Translations under genes and position numbers: made by a program
Notes under the pieces: generated by a model
Told to the model about the DNA's origin: nothing
The model's database searches: none
What the model saw: only the letters and a program-made list of their open reading frames with translations
Part shown: piece by piece, positions 21,273 to 30,922 of the stretch
How positions within the stretch are numbered: the first letter of the stretch is position 1
How the letters are laid out: every line of letters starts with the position of its first letter
Origin: Candidatus Latescibacterota bacterium
Lineage (GTDB): Bacteria; Latescibacterota; UBA2968; GCA-2709665
Reading direction: 5' to 3'
NCBI GenBank assembly: GCA_963667175.2
Contig: CAXXXF010000017.1
Span: 43,256 to 107,255, forward strand
Length of the DNA: 64,000 nucleotides

Positions 21273-22958
21273 TTACGATTGCGTTCCGGCGATATCGATG
21301 TTGACCTCAAAGGCGCTAACCGGTACGGATATGCCCCAGTTCTCCAGGACCTCGGGATGGATTTCGCCGATGATGCCGAAGCCATTCCCGTCCAACCTGA
21401 TTTCGCCCGCCCGCCCCGGCAGAAACGTGGGGTGCTCGGACGGCGTGAGGCTGTAGTCGAATCCGAGGTAGTAAGCCAGTGCTTCCAGGTGGCTCTGAAT
21501 CCCCGAGAGAGTGGCGTCGGCGTGGGCCTCCAGCGCCGCCAGGCAGATTTCGGTACGGGTGCCGTAGAGCTCGTCCCGCGCGATGACGCAGACTTCGCCC
21601 ACCTCGAAGATATGATGGGGATACGGGGCTTTCCGGCTCGCGGCTTCCACGCGGAGAAGCCCGGGCAGCAGGGCGTTCCGAACCGCGCTGTAATTCTCGG
21701 ACATGGGGTTGGAGATCTCGACAATCCTCGCGCCGGTGTCGCAAACGCGCTCCGTCAGGTCGGCGCGCGAGGATAGAATTGGCAGGAAGACTTCCTGGAA
21801 CCCGCATCCGACCATCAGGCCGCGGATGCGGTCGGAGAGGTCCTCCTCGGGCGCGGACTTGCCGACGGTGAAATCGTGCGGCAATTCGGGTTCGAAGTTG
21901 TCGAAGCCCACGGCCACGATCACGTCTTCGATGAGGTCCACGGGATGGAGGATATCGTCCCGGTACGGCGCCGGCCGGGCCCGGACGCGGTTGCGGTCGA
22001 GCGCGACGTCCCGGTACCCCATGGCGGCCAGGGCGCGTTCGATGCTTCCGTTGTCGATGGCGCCGCCGATCACGCGCCGGAGGTCGTCCAGGTCGACTTC
22101 GACGGTTTCGGTCATATCCAGAGGGCACCGGATCTCGCGCCCGCGCGGCGTATCATAAGGATAGATGGTGTTTACGGGCAGGATACGGCCTCCCCGGTCG
22201 GCCATGTTGGCGGCCATGATGGCAACGGAAAGCAGCACGGCGTCGAGTTCGGTTCCGGTGGCCTCGCAGAAGAGAAACGAATCGCCGACCTCCACCGCGC
22301 CCGGGTCCCGGCTGTTGATCACGGGAGGCATGGAGAGGACCTCGCCCCGGCTGTCGGAGATGAGGGGAAAGGCGCCGAAGCCCTCCAGCAGGTGCGCGTA
22401 CGTCCGGCCCGTGGGGTGTTCGCTCAGGATATCCCGAAGGGTCAGCCCGGTCTCCATCCCCAGCGGCACAAATCGGGTCGCATCCGGATCGGCCGCGTCG
22501 TAGCGGACGGGAAAGGCGAGGTCGGAAGCGTCGTAGATGCCGATGGCCACGGCGCTTCGACCGCGCCCGTAGCCTTCCGCCAGTTTTTCCTGGGCCTCGA
22601 TGAGCTGCTCGAGGGCCGCTTCGTCCACCGAGACCCCTTCGCAGGCGAAGGCGGCGACGTAGGGACGAAGGCCTTCCAGCGCGGGATCCACGCGCACTTC
22701 AAGTTCCCCCGGCGGGTCATCGAAAAACCCATAGGGTTCGTGCACGCCCTCTCGATGACCCTTGAGCAGCCGGGCGACGCCCTCCGACGACCACAGGTCC
22801 GGCCGATTGGTATCCTTCAACTGGATCCTCAACAGGGCGCCGTCTTCGACCTTGACCTCGGCTTTGACGGCCTCGAGGGCGCGTTCGAGCTCGGGAAGGT
22901 CGTAGGTCTGACCCGCGAGCCGTTCGAGGTCTTCCCTGATCACGGTGATGGTGGGCAT
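21273..22958 (-). CDS. pheT: Phenylalanine--tRNA ligase beta subunit, archaeal/eukaryotic type
   Basis: 561 aa; MPTI start, TNRPDLWS, SMPPVINS, YRDDILHPVDLIEDV; no N-terminal OB or C-terminal FDX-ACB domain. Confidence 0.92.
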   Translation of the reverse strand: MPTITVIREDLERLAGQTYDLPELERALEAVKAEVKVEDGALLRIQLKDTNRPDLWSSEGVARLLKGHREGVHEPYGFFDDPPGELEVRVDPALEGLRPYVAAFACEGVSVDEAALEQLIEAQEKLAEGYGRGRSAVAIGIYDASDLAFPVRYDAADPDATRFVPLGMETGLTLRDILSEHPTGRTYAHLLEGFGAFPLISDSRGEVLSMPPVINSRDPGAVEVGDSFLFCEATGTELDAVLLSVAIMAANMADRGGRILPVNTIYPYDTPRGREIRCPLDMTETVEVDLDDLRRVIGGAIDNGSIERALAAMGYRDVALDRNRVRARPAPYRDDILHPVDLIEDVIVAVGFDNFEPELPHDFTVGKSAPEEDLSDRIRGLMVGCGFQEVFLPILSSRADLTERVCDTGARIVEISNPMSENYSAVRNALLPGLLRVEAASRKAPYPHHIFEVGEVCVIARDELYGTRTEICLAALEAHADATLSGIQSHLEALAYYLGFDYSLTPSEHPTFLPGRAGEIRLDGNGFGIIGEIHPEVLENWGISVPVSAFEVNIDIAGTQS

Positions 22959-23013
22959 GCGTGCTCCTTGATGCCTACGCGCGGGATGCGCGCGAATTCC
23001 GTTTCCCGGCGCG

Positions 23014-24600
23014 TCAGGTCGCGGCCGGCCTGTTTTCTCTTTCGTTCCGGATCCGGTCCAGGTCCGTGCTGAACAGATCGCGGATGTCGTCTATGTCCAG
23101 GGCGACCATCGCCATCCGGTCGATGCCCAGACCCCATGCGATGACCGGAACCTCGACGCCCAGCGGGCGCGTGAGTTCGGGCCGGAACAGGCCGGCGCCG
23201 CCGAATTCGATCCAGCCCAGCGACGGGTGCCTGGCCTGGAGCTCGACCGAGGGCTCGGTGAACGGGAAATAATCCGGCACAAACCGGCATTCGTCCGACT
23301 GCGCGATCTCCAGCGCAAACAGCTTCAGCAGGCCCAGCAGACTCCGGAAATTGATGCCCTCACCCAGGACGATCCCCTCCACCTGGAAGAAGTCGGCGGC
23401 GTGGGTGGCGTCGACGTCGTCGTACCGGAAGCATCGCGCAACCGCGAAATACTTCCCCGGGACGTTCGGTCCGGAAGCAAGCGTACGGCCCGACAGCGCG
23501 GTACCCTGGCTGCGCAGGATGAGGCGGCGCGCGCGGGCCGGACTGAATTCGTACCGCCAGCCTCGGGAGCCCGTGTCGCCGCCGTCGGCGTGGGCGGCGG
23601 CCACGTTGGAGAAGAAAGGTTCTTCGGGCGCATTCGAACGGATGGGCTCCTTGACGTAATAGGCGTCATGGATATTTCGCGCCGCGTGAAACTGCGGCAT
23701 GAACAGAGCATCCATATTCCAGAATTCGGTTTCCACCAGCGGGCCCTTCATTTCCTCGAACCCGAGAGACAGCAGTTTGCGCCGGACACCGTCGAGATAG
23801 GCGCGGTACGGGTGCAGGCGGCCGATGAGAATACGCGGGGGCTTGATGCTGATGTCGTACCGCCGGAACGAGACGTCTCTCCAGTCGCCCGACTGCAACA
23901 TCTCCGGCGTGAGGCGGGAGACCTCGTCGCCCGTCAGCCCGGATTCCAGAATGCGCTCCAGCGTACCCCTACCGGCCGGCGTAAGCCTGTACGTGCGTTC
24001 CAGGCGTTCGTCCACTCGGATGGCGGCCTTGCCCTTGCCACGTTTGCTCGTTCTTTCCAGGATATAGGACTGAATCTCTTCGGTAAAGTCGTCGAGATTC
24101 AGCGCGGCACCGTCGCCGGCCTCCCGAAAGCGCCCGAACAGCCCCGGCACGAGCCTTTCGGTATAGAAGGCGGCTCTGTCGGGATCCGCGATGCGGATGG
24201 CGGCGCCGTCCTGCCTGATTGTGCCTTCGGCCTTCAGCCCGCCGTATGCGCTGCCCCATTCTCCGCGGTCGAAGCGGGTATCCGCCTGGAGGTGCTTCAA
24301 CGTGGGCGCCGGCTCTTTATTGGCGCGCAGCAAAAGCGCGGCCTCCGGCGTCGCACCGATGCCGGCCAGGGCGACCCCCGATTCCGTGAGGCTGACGGTC
24401 GAGACCGTGGCTTCACCGGCGACGTCGAGGAGACCCTTGGAACGCAGCCATTCCAGGGCGCGCCGGACCTGTCCGGAACCGATGCCCGCGGCTTCGGGCA
24501 GGACGGCGTCGGTCAGTTCGTGTTCCTCGCCGGACTCGAAGGCGCGCAGCGTCTTGATTTCGAGGGCGTGAAGGGACGACAGGTCGATCGTTGGATCCAC
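23014..24600 (-). CDS. pheS: Phenylalanine--tRNA ligase alpha subunit, long archaeal type
   Basis: 528 aa with N-terminal extension; WNMDALFMPQFHAAR, FRYDDVDATH, YFPFTEPS, AWGLGIDR. Confidence 0.93.
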   Translation of the reverse strand: MDPTIDLSSLHALEIKTLRAFESGEEHELTDAVLPEAAGIGSGQVRRALEWLRSKGLLDVAGEATVSTVSLTESGVALAGIGATPEAALLLRANKEPAPTLKHLQADTRFDRGEWGSAYGGLKAEGTIRQDGAAIRIADPDRAAFYTERLVPGLFGRFREAGDGAALNLDDFTEEIQSYILERTSKRGKGKAAIRVDERLERTYRLTPAGRGTLERILESGLTGDEVSRLTPEMLQSGDWRDVSFRRYDISIKPPRILIGRLHPYRAYLDGVRRKLLSLGFEEMKGPLVETEFWNMDALFMPQFHAARNIHDAYYVKEPIRSNAPEEPFFSNVAAAHADGGDTGSRGWRYEFSPARARRLILRSQGTALSGRTLASGPNVPGKYFAVARCFRYDDVDATHAADFFQVEGIVLGEGINFRSLLGLLKLFALEIAQSDECRFVPDYFPFTEPSVELQARHPSLGWIEFGGAGLFRPELTRPLGVEVPVIAWGLGIDRMAMVALDIDDIRDLFSTDLDRIRNERENRPAAT

Positions 24601-24671
24601 GTGATTGCTCCCTGGAATCGGTGCTCGAGATCGGCCGAAGACGATGCGGCCGGACGTCCGGGCCGCGGATA

Positions 24672-24985
24672 TAAAAAAAACCTTCCATCCCCATAGGGAC
24701 GAAAGGACGTGACGTCTTCCGCGGTACCACCCTATTTGCGCCCTTCAGGCGCCGCTTGACAGGCGGCCGTTACCGCCCCTCCCTGTTGTCGGCGGGAGAC
24801 ACCGGCGCCGCCTAGTAACGGTTGCCGGTTTCCTTTTTTCTAACCTGCACTGCAGCCGGCAATCGCATTCAGCGTTGCAGCTCGAGAGGGAACTTCGGCC
24901 GTTCATGCCGCGAGGGCGCTTTCAGTCCGGGGCGCCCCCTCCCTTTCCGGTTGGGGACGGCTTACTTTCCTCCGTCATCGCTTTG
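24672..24985 (-). promoter_or_regulatory. T-box riboswitch (Phe specifier UUC) with terminator, leader of pheST
   Basis: Minus strand: GCGATGA..AGTA..GGGAG..CTGAAAG stem I motifs; GAAG-TTC specifier at 24890-24892; T-box AGGGTGGTACCGCG at 24720-24733; terminator hairpin plus T8 at 24673-24706. Confidence 0.9.
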
Positions 24986-24991
24986 GGTGAG

Positions 24992-25020
24992 AACATAGGA
25001 TTTTGACCATCATCTGTCAA
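24992..25020 (-). promoter_or_regulatory. Sigma70-type promoter of the T-box/pheST transcript
   Basis: TTGACA (25020-25015), 17 bp spacer, TATGTT (24997-24992), just upstream of stem I. Confidence 0.7.
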
Positions 25021-25049
25021 GGGGAAACAATTGAAAGGCGGGGGCAAAA

Positions 25050-25480
25050 ACAGCTGTTCAGCAGTCAGCCAGAATCGAAAACGAAAATCAAAGGCGGCAA
25101 CCAGAAAAGCCCGGTTCGCGAAATGCGGGCAACCACAAGAGTTGCCCCTACGGGTACCTCGTTGACGAAGACAATGGCAATTGTGGGCTTATGGCGATTT
25201 TAGGGGCGACTCAGGCGCCGCCTCGACGGATTCCGTGCGGCGTCGATTTATCCATCGAAACCACGATCCCATTTCGCTCGATATGTTGGTCCAAATCCTG
25301 GTTTTCCTCCCCCTCTCCCCCCGGGAGAGGGGGCCGGGGGGAGAGGTCTGCGTGCTCCCGGGCTTACCGCTCCACGGCGCTGACGTCAACGGGTTTGGCT
25401 TTTGCTTCAAGCTGATTGCTGACGGCTGATCGCTGAATGCGAATTGCTGTTTTTCCCTTTGTGCCTCCGTGTGAGTGTCT
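25050..25480. repeat. Intergenic cluster of several REP-like and short-period repeats
   Basis: GTAG-type palindrome at 25127-25151, second degenerate copy near 25200-25225, CCCCTCTCCCCCGGGAGAGGGG hairpin at 25309-25332, heptamer runs at 25051-25072 and, inverted, 25411-25440. Confidence 0.6.
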
Positions 25481-25616
25481 TCATGCTTGACGTTGGCGGA
25501 CGTGCCGCATCCCTGCAAACTGAATATTTGCTTTCCGGGACACCGGATGTGTATCTTTTGTCTGCGCCGTTTTCGATGAACCGGTTGTTCGACTCCAGGT
25601 CCTTCAGGAGTTTCCT

Positions 25617-28600
25617 GTGAAAGACCGACAAGCGCTCTTGCCGCGGATTTCCATTTCGCGACCGGTCACGGTGGCCATGTGCCTCGTGGCGCTGCTGGTG
25701 ATCGGTTGCGTGTCCTATGTGAAGATACGCCTTCAGGCCTTTCCGTCGGGGTGGGAGTGGAAACGGTTGTGGGTGTGGGTGGACAGCCGGGATACGTCGC
25801 CCAAGGAGAACGACCAGGAAATTTGCAGGCTGTTCGAGACGTATCTCGGAACGGTGAAAAACCTCGAGTCAATGCGTACGTGGGCCGGTAAGGACTGGGC
25901 GGACGCCGGTCTGAGGTTTCGCCCGGAAACCGACATGTCTCTGGCCTATAACCAGGTCATGGACCGGCTGGACCGCATGAAACTGGAATTGCCCCCCGAG
26001 AAACGCGATAGGACGGGGGTGTGGAAATACAACGAGGAGACCGACCAGGAGATCATATGGATGGGGGTGGCCCCGCCGGAGGGGCTGGACGATATCCAGT
26101 CCTTCATTGAAGACCGGGTTCAACGACGTCTGGAGCGGATCGACGGCGTGGCGAAGGTTTCCTTCTGGGGGAGATTCCGGAAAGAGATCATGGTCGTTGT
26201 GCTACAGGAGCGCATGCGTTCCCTCGGCGTCCTGCCCGCCGACGTGGTACAGGCGCTGCAGGGAGAGAACTTCGCGCTGGCCGGCGGTCACCTGCAGGAG
26301 GGCGGCAAGAGGTACTTCATCCGCTCCCTGGCGCGGTATAAGGACATGGACGAGATCCGCCGGATACCCGTCAGGCGGTCGAACGGTCTGGAACCCGTCA
26401 CCGTATCCGACGTGGGAGGCGTGCTGTTCGGAATGCCGCCGCGCCTGGGATCCTGGAGAATCAATGGCAAGGAAGCCGTCGGGCTCGACGTGTACAAGGA
26501 GTCGAGCGCCAACGTCGTGGACGTATCCGTCCGGGTGAGGGAGGAACTGGATCGGATCGGCGAGGAAACCGGAGCACAATTCAACGTCATGTGGGATCAA
26601 GGCCGGGCGGTGCGGGATTCGATAGACAATATTCGAACGACCGCGATCTGGGGGGCCCTGTTCGCCTCCCTGATCCTGCTGTATTTTCTCCGCGCCGTGC
26701 GGATGACGGCCCTGATTACCCTGTCGATTCCATTGTGCATCATGATGACGATTTCCGTGCTTTATTTTCTGGACTGGTCGCTGAATCTGCTGACTATGAT
26801 GGGCCTGATGGTGGGGATGGGAATGGTGGTGGACAACGCGATCGTGATCGTGGAAAACATCTATCGAATGCGGGCAAAGGGAAAGGATGCGCACCAGGCG
26901 TCCGTTGCCGGGGCCAGCGAGGTGGGCATGGCCATATCGATGGCGACGCTGACCACGGTGGTGGTCTTCATGCCGTTGATGTTTATGACGGGAAGAGCCG
27001 GGCTGACCTTTGAACTCACAAGGGTCGGTATTCCGGTGGTCGTGTCGCTGTTGGGGTCTCTCTTCGTGGCACTGATCTTCATACCCCTTGCGGCGAAGCT
27101 TCTGGGGAGGCACGCCGCCAGGAAGGACCCGCGGTCGATCCGGTGGCTGCGGCGCAGGTACCAGCGCGGCCTGGGGTGGGTTCTGAACCACCGGCGGGAT
27201 GCTTCGCTTGTTTTTGTTCTCCTGTTTGTTTCCGTCTTCTATCCGGCGTCGAACGTTAAAGAAACGACAGGACGCGCCCGGGTAACTAACGAGTTTTTCA
27301 TTCGTTTCAACGCCCCTCCGTTCTTCAAGCGGGCGGAGATGGAGCGTATCGCGGTTCAGATCGAGGATTTCCTGGACAGCAAACGGGACACCTACCGGAT
27401 AGAAACCGTGCGGCTGGGATACTGGCGGCAGCGGGGCTTTATCCGGGTGTATCTGCAAGAAGAACCGAACAGGGACTGGTGGTACCAGTTTTACAAGAGC
27501 GTTCGAAAGAAGGCCGGTATTCCCGTAAAGGGGTGGATGACGCGAGCTGAGGTGATCGAAGACACCAAGAAACACATACCGAAATTCGTCGGCGTGCGGG
27601 TGATGGTACAGACGCGGTGGCGCAGTGAGCCGGGAGTGTCGGTTTATCTCTACGGAGACGACATCGATCTGCTGGCGCGGCTGTCGGAGGCCGTGCGACA
27701 GCGGGTGGAGGCGATACCGGACGTCGTCAGCGTGGACAGCGACCTGGAATACGCGGAAAAGGAAGTGCAGGTGCTCATCAACAAGGAACAGGCGCACGCG
27801 TACGGGATTACCGCACAGGCCGTGGGCCGCAGCATTTCCTACCAGTTGCGCGGGGTCAACCTGGCGCCGTATCACGACGACGACCGGATGATTTCGGTCC
27901 GGCTGTTTATGGACGAAGACGATCGACAGACGCTGGCACAACTCAAGAAGTTCCCGTTTCGCTCAAAAACCGGTACCCAGATTCCCCTCTCGGCATTCGC
28001 CTCGTTCAACGTTACGGAAGGCAGCGGCGCCATTCGGCGCGAGGACGGAAAAATGCGGATGCGGGTGCGGGCATTTACAACGCAGGAAGACCTGAAAGGG
28101 TTGTGGGAGCAGATCGACCGCGCGATGGTGGGATTCGCCGTGCCGCGGGGGTATTCCTGGAACAAGGGAGAGACCTATTCCAGGTTCCAGGAGTCCGACG
28201 ATACGATGTCGTTCGCAATCGCGATGGCGATTACCTGCGTCTTCCTGTTGATGGGCGTGCTGTTCGAGTCCTTCGTGCTTCCGTTCGCGGTCCTGCTGTC
28301 GATCCCCTTCGCGTTTCTGGGCGTGTACTGGAGTCTGTTCCTGACGAACACCGTGATGGGGAAAATGGCCCAGATGGGTATCATTCTGCTGATCGGCGTG
28401 GTCGTGAACAACGCGATCGTGCTGGTGGATATGATCAATCGGTTGAGGGGGAGCGGCATGAGCCGATCGGAGGCGATCGAGGAGGCCGGATTCAACCGCT
28501 TCCGGCCGATTCTGATGACCACCTTCACGACGGTCTTCGGACTGTTCCCGATGGCCGCGGGATCCGCGACCATGCTCGGGACCCCCTACGCCCCGCTGGG

Positions 28601-28751
28601 CATCACGATGATCGGCGGCCTCCTATCGTCCACGGTCCTGACGCTTTTCGTGGTGCCGCTGTTCTATACGTATCTGGATGACCTGAGGCATTTTCTGAGG
28701 GGGTTTGCAGGGAATGTACTCAAGTCTACGGACCCTGCGAAGTCACCGTAG
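25617..28751 (+). CDS. RND efflux permease, AcrB/AcrD/AcrF family
   Basis: 1044 aa; GMVVDNAIVIVENI, GVVVNNAIVLVD, RFRPILMTT. Confidence 0.93.
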   Translation: MKDRQALLPRISISRPVTVAMCLVALLVIGCVSYVKIRLQAFPSGWEWKRLWVWVDSRDTSPKENDQEICRLFETYLGTVKNLESMRTWAGKDWADAGLRFRPETDMSLAYNQVMDRLDRMKLELPPEKRDRTGVWKYNEETDQEIIWMGVAPPEGLDDIQSFIEDRVQRRLERIDGVAKVSFWGRFRKEIMVVVLQERMRSLGVLPADVVQALQGENFALAGGHLQEGGKRYFIRSLARYKDMDEIRRIPVRRSNGLEPVTVSDVGGVLFGMPPRLGSWRINGKEAVGLDVYKESSANVVDVSVRVREELDRIGEETGAQFNVMWDQGRAVRDSIDNIRTTAIWGALFASLILLYFLRAVRMTALITLSIPLCIMMTISVLYFLDWSLNLLTMMGLMVGMGMVVDNAIVIVENIYRMRAKGKDAHQASVAGASEVGMAISMATLTTVVVFMPLMFMTGRAGLTFELTRVGIPVVVSLLGSLFVALIFIPLAAKLLGRHAARKDPRSIRWLRRRYQRGLGWVLNHRRDASLVFVLLFVSVFYPASNVKETTGRARVTNEFFIRFNAPPFFKRAEMERIAVQIEDFLDSKRDTYRIETVRLGYWRQRGFIRVYLQEEPNRDWWYQFYKSVRKKAGIPVKGWMTRAEVIEDTKKHIPKFVGVRVMVQTRWRSEPGVSVYLYGDDIDLLARLSEAVRQRVEAIPDVVSVDSDLEYAEKEVQVLINKEQAHAYGITAQAVGRSISYQLRGVNLAPYHDDDRMISVRLFMDEDDRQTLAQLKKFPFRSKTGTQIPLSAFASFNVTEGSGAIRREDGKMRMRVRAFTTQEDLKGLWEQIDRAMVGFAVPRGYSWNKGETYSRFQESDDTMSFAIAMAITCVFLLMGVLFESFVLPFAVLLSIPFAFLGVYWSLFLTNTVMGKMAQMGIILLIGVVVNNAIVLVDMINRLRGSGMSRSEAIEEAGFNRFRPILMTTFTTVFGLFPMAAGSATMLGTPYAPLGITMIGGLLSSTVLTLFVVPLFYTYLDDLRHFLRGFAGNVLKSTDPAKSP

Positions 28752-28754
28752 AGG

Positions 28755-28895
28755 AAAAACCGGTGAGACGGGAGTCGTGAGATGGTATCCTTGCCCGATA
28801 GGTTCTTCCTTTGTGCCGTCGGCAAGAGACGATAACGGACGGGGCGGACAATCTCTCCCCTCTCCCGTCTTGCGTCTACCCGCTCCCCGCCTTCA
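28755..28895. repeat. Inverted pair of 7-nt-period repeats between convergent genes
   Basis: AAAACCGGTGAGACGGGAGTCGTGAGATGG ... TCTCCCCTCTCCCGTCTTGCGTCTACC; same start as the element at 34737. Confidence 0.55.
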
Positions 28896-28933
28896 GGAGA
28901 GATCACCGCAGTGAAAAACGACGGCACTGGATG

Positions 28934-29299
28934 CTATCCCGGCCTGTCATCAGGAGGAATGTAGCGGTTGCCCAGTTCCACGTAGTCTTCCCTGACCGGG
29001 CTGAAGATGTCCAGCACCACGGCGGGTCCGTCCACGGCCACCGCTCGATGCGGCACATTGGGCGGGATGAGATAGGCGTCGTCCTTCTCGACCGTACGGG
29101 TGACGTCGCCGATCGTCAGCTCGACCCGTCCTTCGAGCATGATTCCGCCCTGCTCGTGCGGATGATGGTGCAGCGGCACCACCGCGCCTTCGTCCATTTC
29201 CAGCAGGGAGATCATGAGATTCTCGCCGTAGGGCGCGCGGATACGCACACCGGGGGCAAGGTCGTTGACGGGGACGTCGCTCCAGTTGATATGGGGCAT
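28934..29299 (-). CDS. Cupin domain protein
   Basis: VPLHHHPHEQ, IPPNVPH, DIFSPVREDY. Confidence 0.88.
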   Translation of the reverse strand: MPHINWSDVPVNDLAPGVRIRAPYGENLMISLLEMDEGAVVPLHHHPHEQGGIMLEGRVELTIGDVTRTVEKDDAYLIPPNVPHRAVAVDGPAVVLDIFSPVREDYVELGNRYIPPDDRPG

Positions 29300-29345
29300 G
29301 GGGAACTCAGCCGTTTCTTCGACACTCTGGTCCGGGCTCGCAACG

Positions 29346-29855
29346 CTATTGCCCGGCGCCGGGCTTCTTGCCGCGCAGATAGTCCCGCAGGATGCCATGC
29401 TTGACGGATTCTCCCGGCGCAGCGTTGGCTTCTGCCTCGATGGCGCCGAAGAGCTGTCGCGTCATCATCTTCGAGACACTCAGATGCAGCCGCTGTCCCA
29501 CCGCCGCCACGGGGCCGCCAAGCTGCACGTTGCCGCTGTAGGATACCTGCGTCCCGTCGTCCTCGTCGGCGAGGTCGATGCTTCCTTCGCCCTTGACGAA
29601 CCCGGTCTTGCCCTTCGCATCCACGACCATGCGATAATGTCGGGGCGGGTCCAGGTCTCCCAGGCGGATCGTGCCGCTGTAACTGCCTCTAATGGGCCCC
29701 ACGCCGGCGTTGATTTCCAGTTCGTACGTGTTCTCGCCGACAAGCTCCAGCTTGCGGGCGCCGGGAATGCACCTGGCGAGGGCCTCGGGGTCGGTGAGCA
29801 GGTCGAAGACCCGCTGCCGCGGCGCGTTGATCGTATGCGTGCCCTGCAGTTTCAA
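29346..29855 (-). CDS. coxG: CoxG/SRPBCC family protein
   Basis: LTDPEALARCIPGA; GGPVAAVGQRL; cox cluster context. Confidence 0.85.
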   Translation of the reverse strand: MKLQGTHTINAPRQRVFDLLTDPEALARCIPGARKLELVGENTYELEINAGVGPIRGSYSGTIRLGDLDPPRHYRMVVDAKGKTGFVKGEGSIDLADEDDGTQVSYSGNVQLGGPVAAVGQRLHLSVSKMMTRQLFGAIEAEANAAPGESVKHGILRDYLRGKKPGAGQ

Positions 29856-29955
29856 ATGCGCCTCCTCATGGGTTACGGCGGGTCGGTACGCGCTCGCGTG
29901 CGCCCGGAGACACTACCGGACGCACGCGAAGATCTGTTCGGATGATCTGACGCTT

Positions 29956-30822
29956 TCAGGCAGCCCGCTCGGCGGCCCGGGTAAGCGCCTGGCGGGTGAA
30001 GACCCTCGCCAGGTGCGCCCGGTAGTCCCCCGAGGCGTGATGGTCTTCCTGATAGTCATCGACGCCGTCGGCGGCCTTTTCGGCTGCCGCGGCGATGGTC
30101 TCGGCGTTGAGCGGTCCGCCCTGCAGCGCGGCTTCCGCGGCAGATGCCCTGTAGGCCACCGCCGAAACGCCCGTCACGCCGATGGCGACCGACGCGCAGG
30201 CGCCGTTGCTCCGTGTGACCTGCGCGGCAACGCCGCAGATGGCGAATCCCGAAGCCGACTGATGCATCTTGACGTACGCGCCTCCGGAGCCGGCCGGCGG
30301 CGTGGCGATGCGGATTCGGGTGAGGATTTCGTCGTCGCCGATGGCGGTGGTGAGCAGGTCTTCGAAGAAATCGCCGATGGCAACGCTCCGGTCGCCCCCG
30401 GGACCGGAGACGTCGAGTTCGGCGTTCAACGCCAGCATCGCGGCCGGCCAGTCCGCTGCGGGATCCGCGTGGACCAGGCTTCCGCCCACCGTGCCGCGAT
30501 TGCGCACCTGGACGTCGCCGATCGCCGACGCGGTTTCAGGGAGCAGGCCGCATCTGGATTTCAGCAGCCGGTGGCTCTCCACCGTGTGGTGCGTCGCAAG
30601 GGCGCCGATCGAGATCGTTTCGTTTCCCGCGACGACCTTTCGAAGGCCCGAAATGCCGCCCAGGTCGATGAGGGTTGCCGGCGAGGCGAACCGCAGCTTC
30701 ATCAGCGGGATGAGGCTGTGGCCGCCTGCCAGGATCTTCGCGTCGCCGCCGTGTTCCTGAAGCAGACTGAGCGCCTTTCTCAGGGTCTTCGGCGCGTGAT
30801 AGTCGAACGGGCTGGGAATCAT
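29956..30822 (-). CDS. coxM: Molybdenum hydroxylase FAD-binding subunit (CoxM/CutM)
   Basis: LAGGHSLIPLMKLR, QVRNRGTVGGSLVHADPAAD. Confidence 0.9.
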   Translation of the reverse strand: MIPSPFDYHAPKTLRKALSLLQEHGGDAKILAGGHSLIPLMKLRFASPATLIDLGGISGLRKVVAGNETISIGALATHHTVESHRLLKSRCGLLPETASAIGDVQVRNRGTVGGSLVHADPAADWPAAMLALNAELDVSGPGGDRSVAIGDFFEDLLTTAIGDDEILTRIRIATPPAGSGGAYVKMHQSASGFAICGVAAQVTRSNGACASVAIGVTGVSAVAYRASAAEAALQGGPLNAETIAAAAEKAADGVDDYQEDHHASGDYRAHLARVFTRQALTRAAERAA

Positions 30823-30922
30823 TGGCTTCTCTCCAGGTATCGAAGATTTGAACATCCGCGCGGGCGCGTCCAACCGATCGTCGGCCGGTTTTCCGCGCGC
30901 CCTGACGGAACGGGCAGACGAC

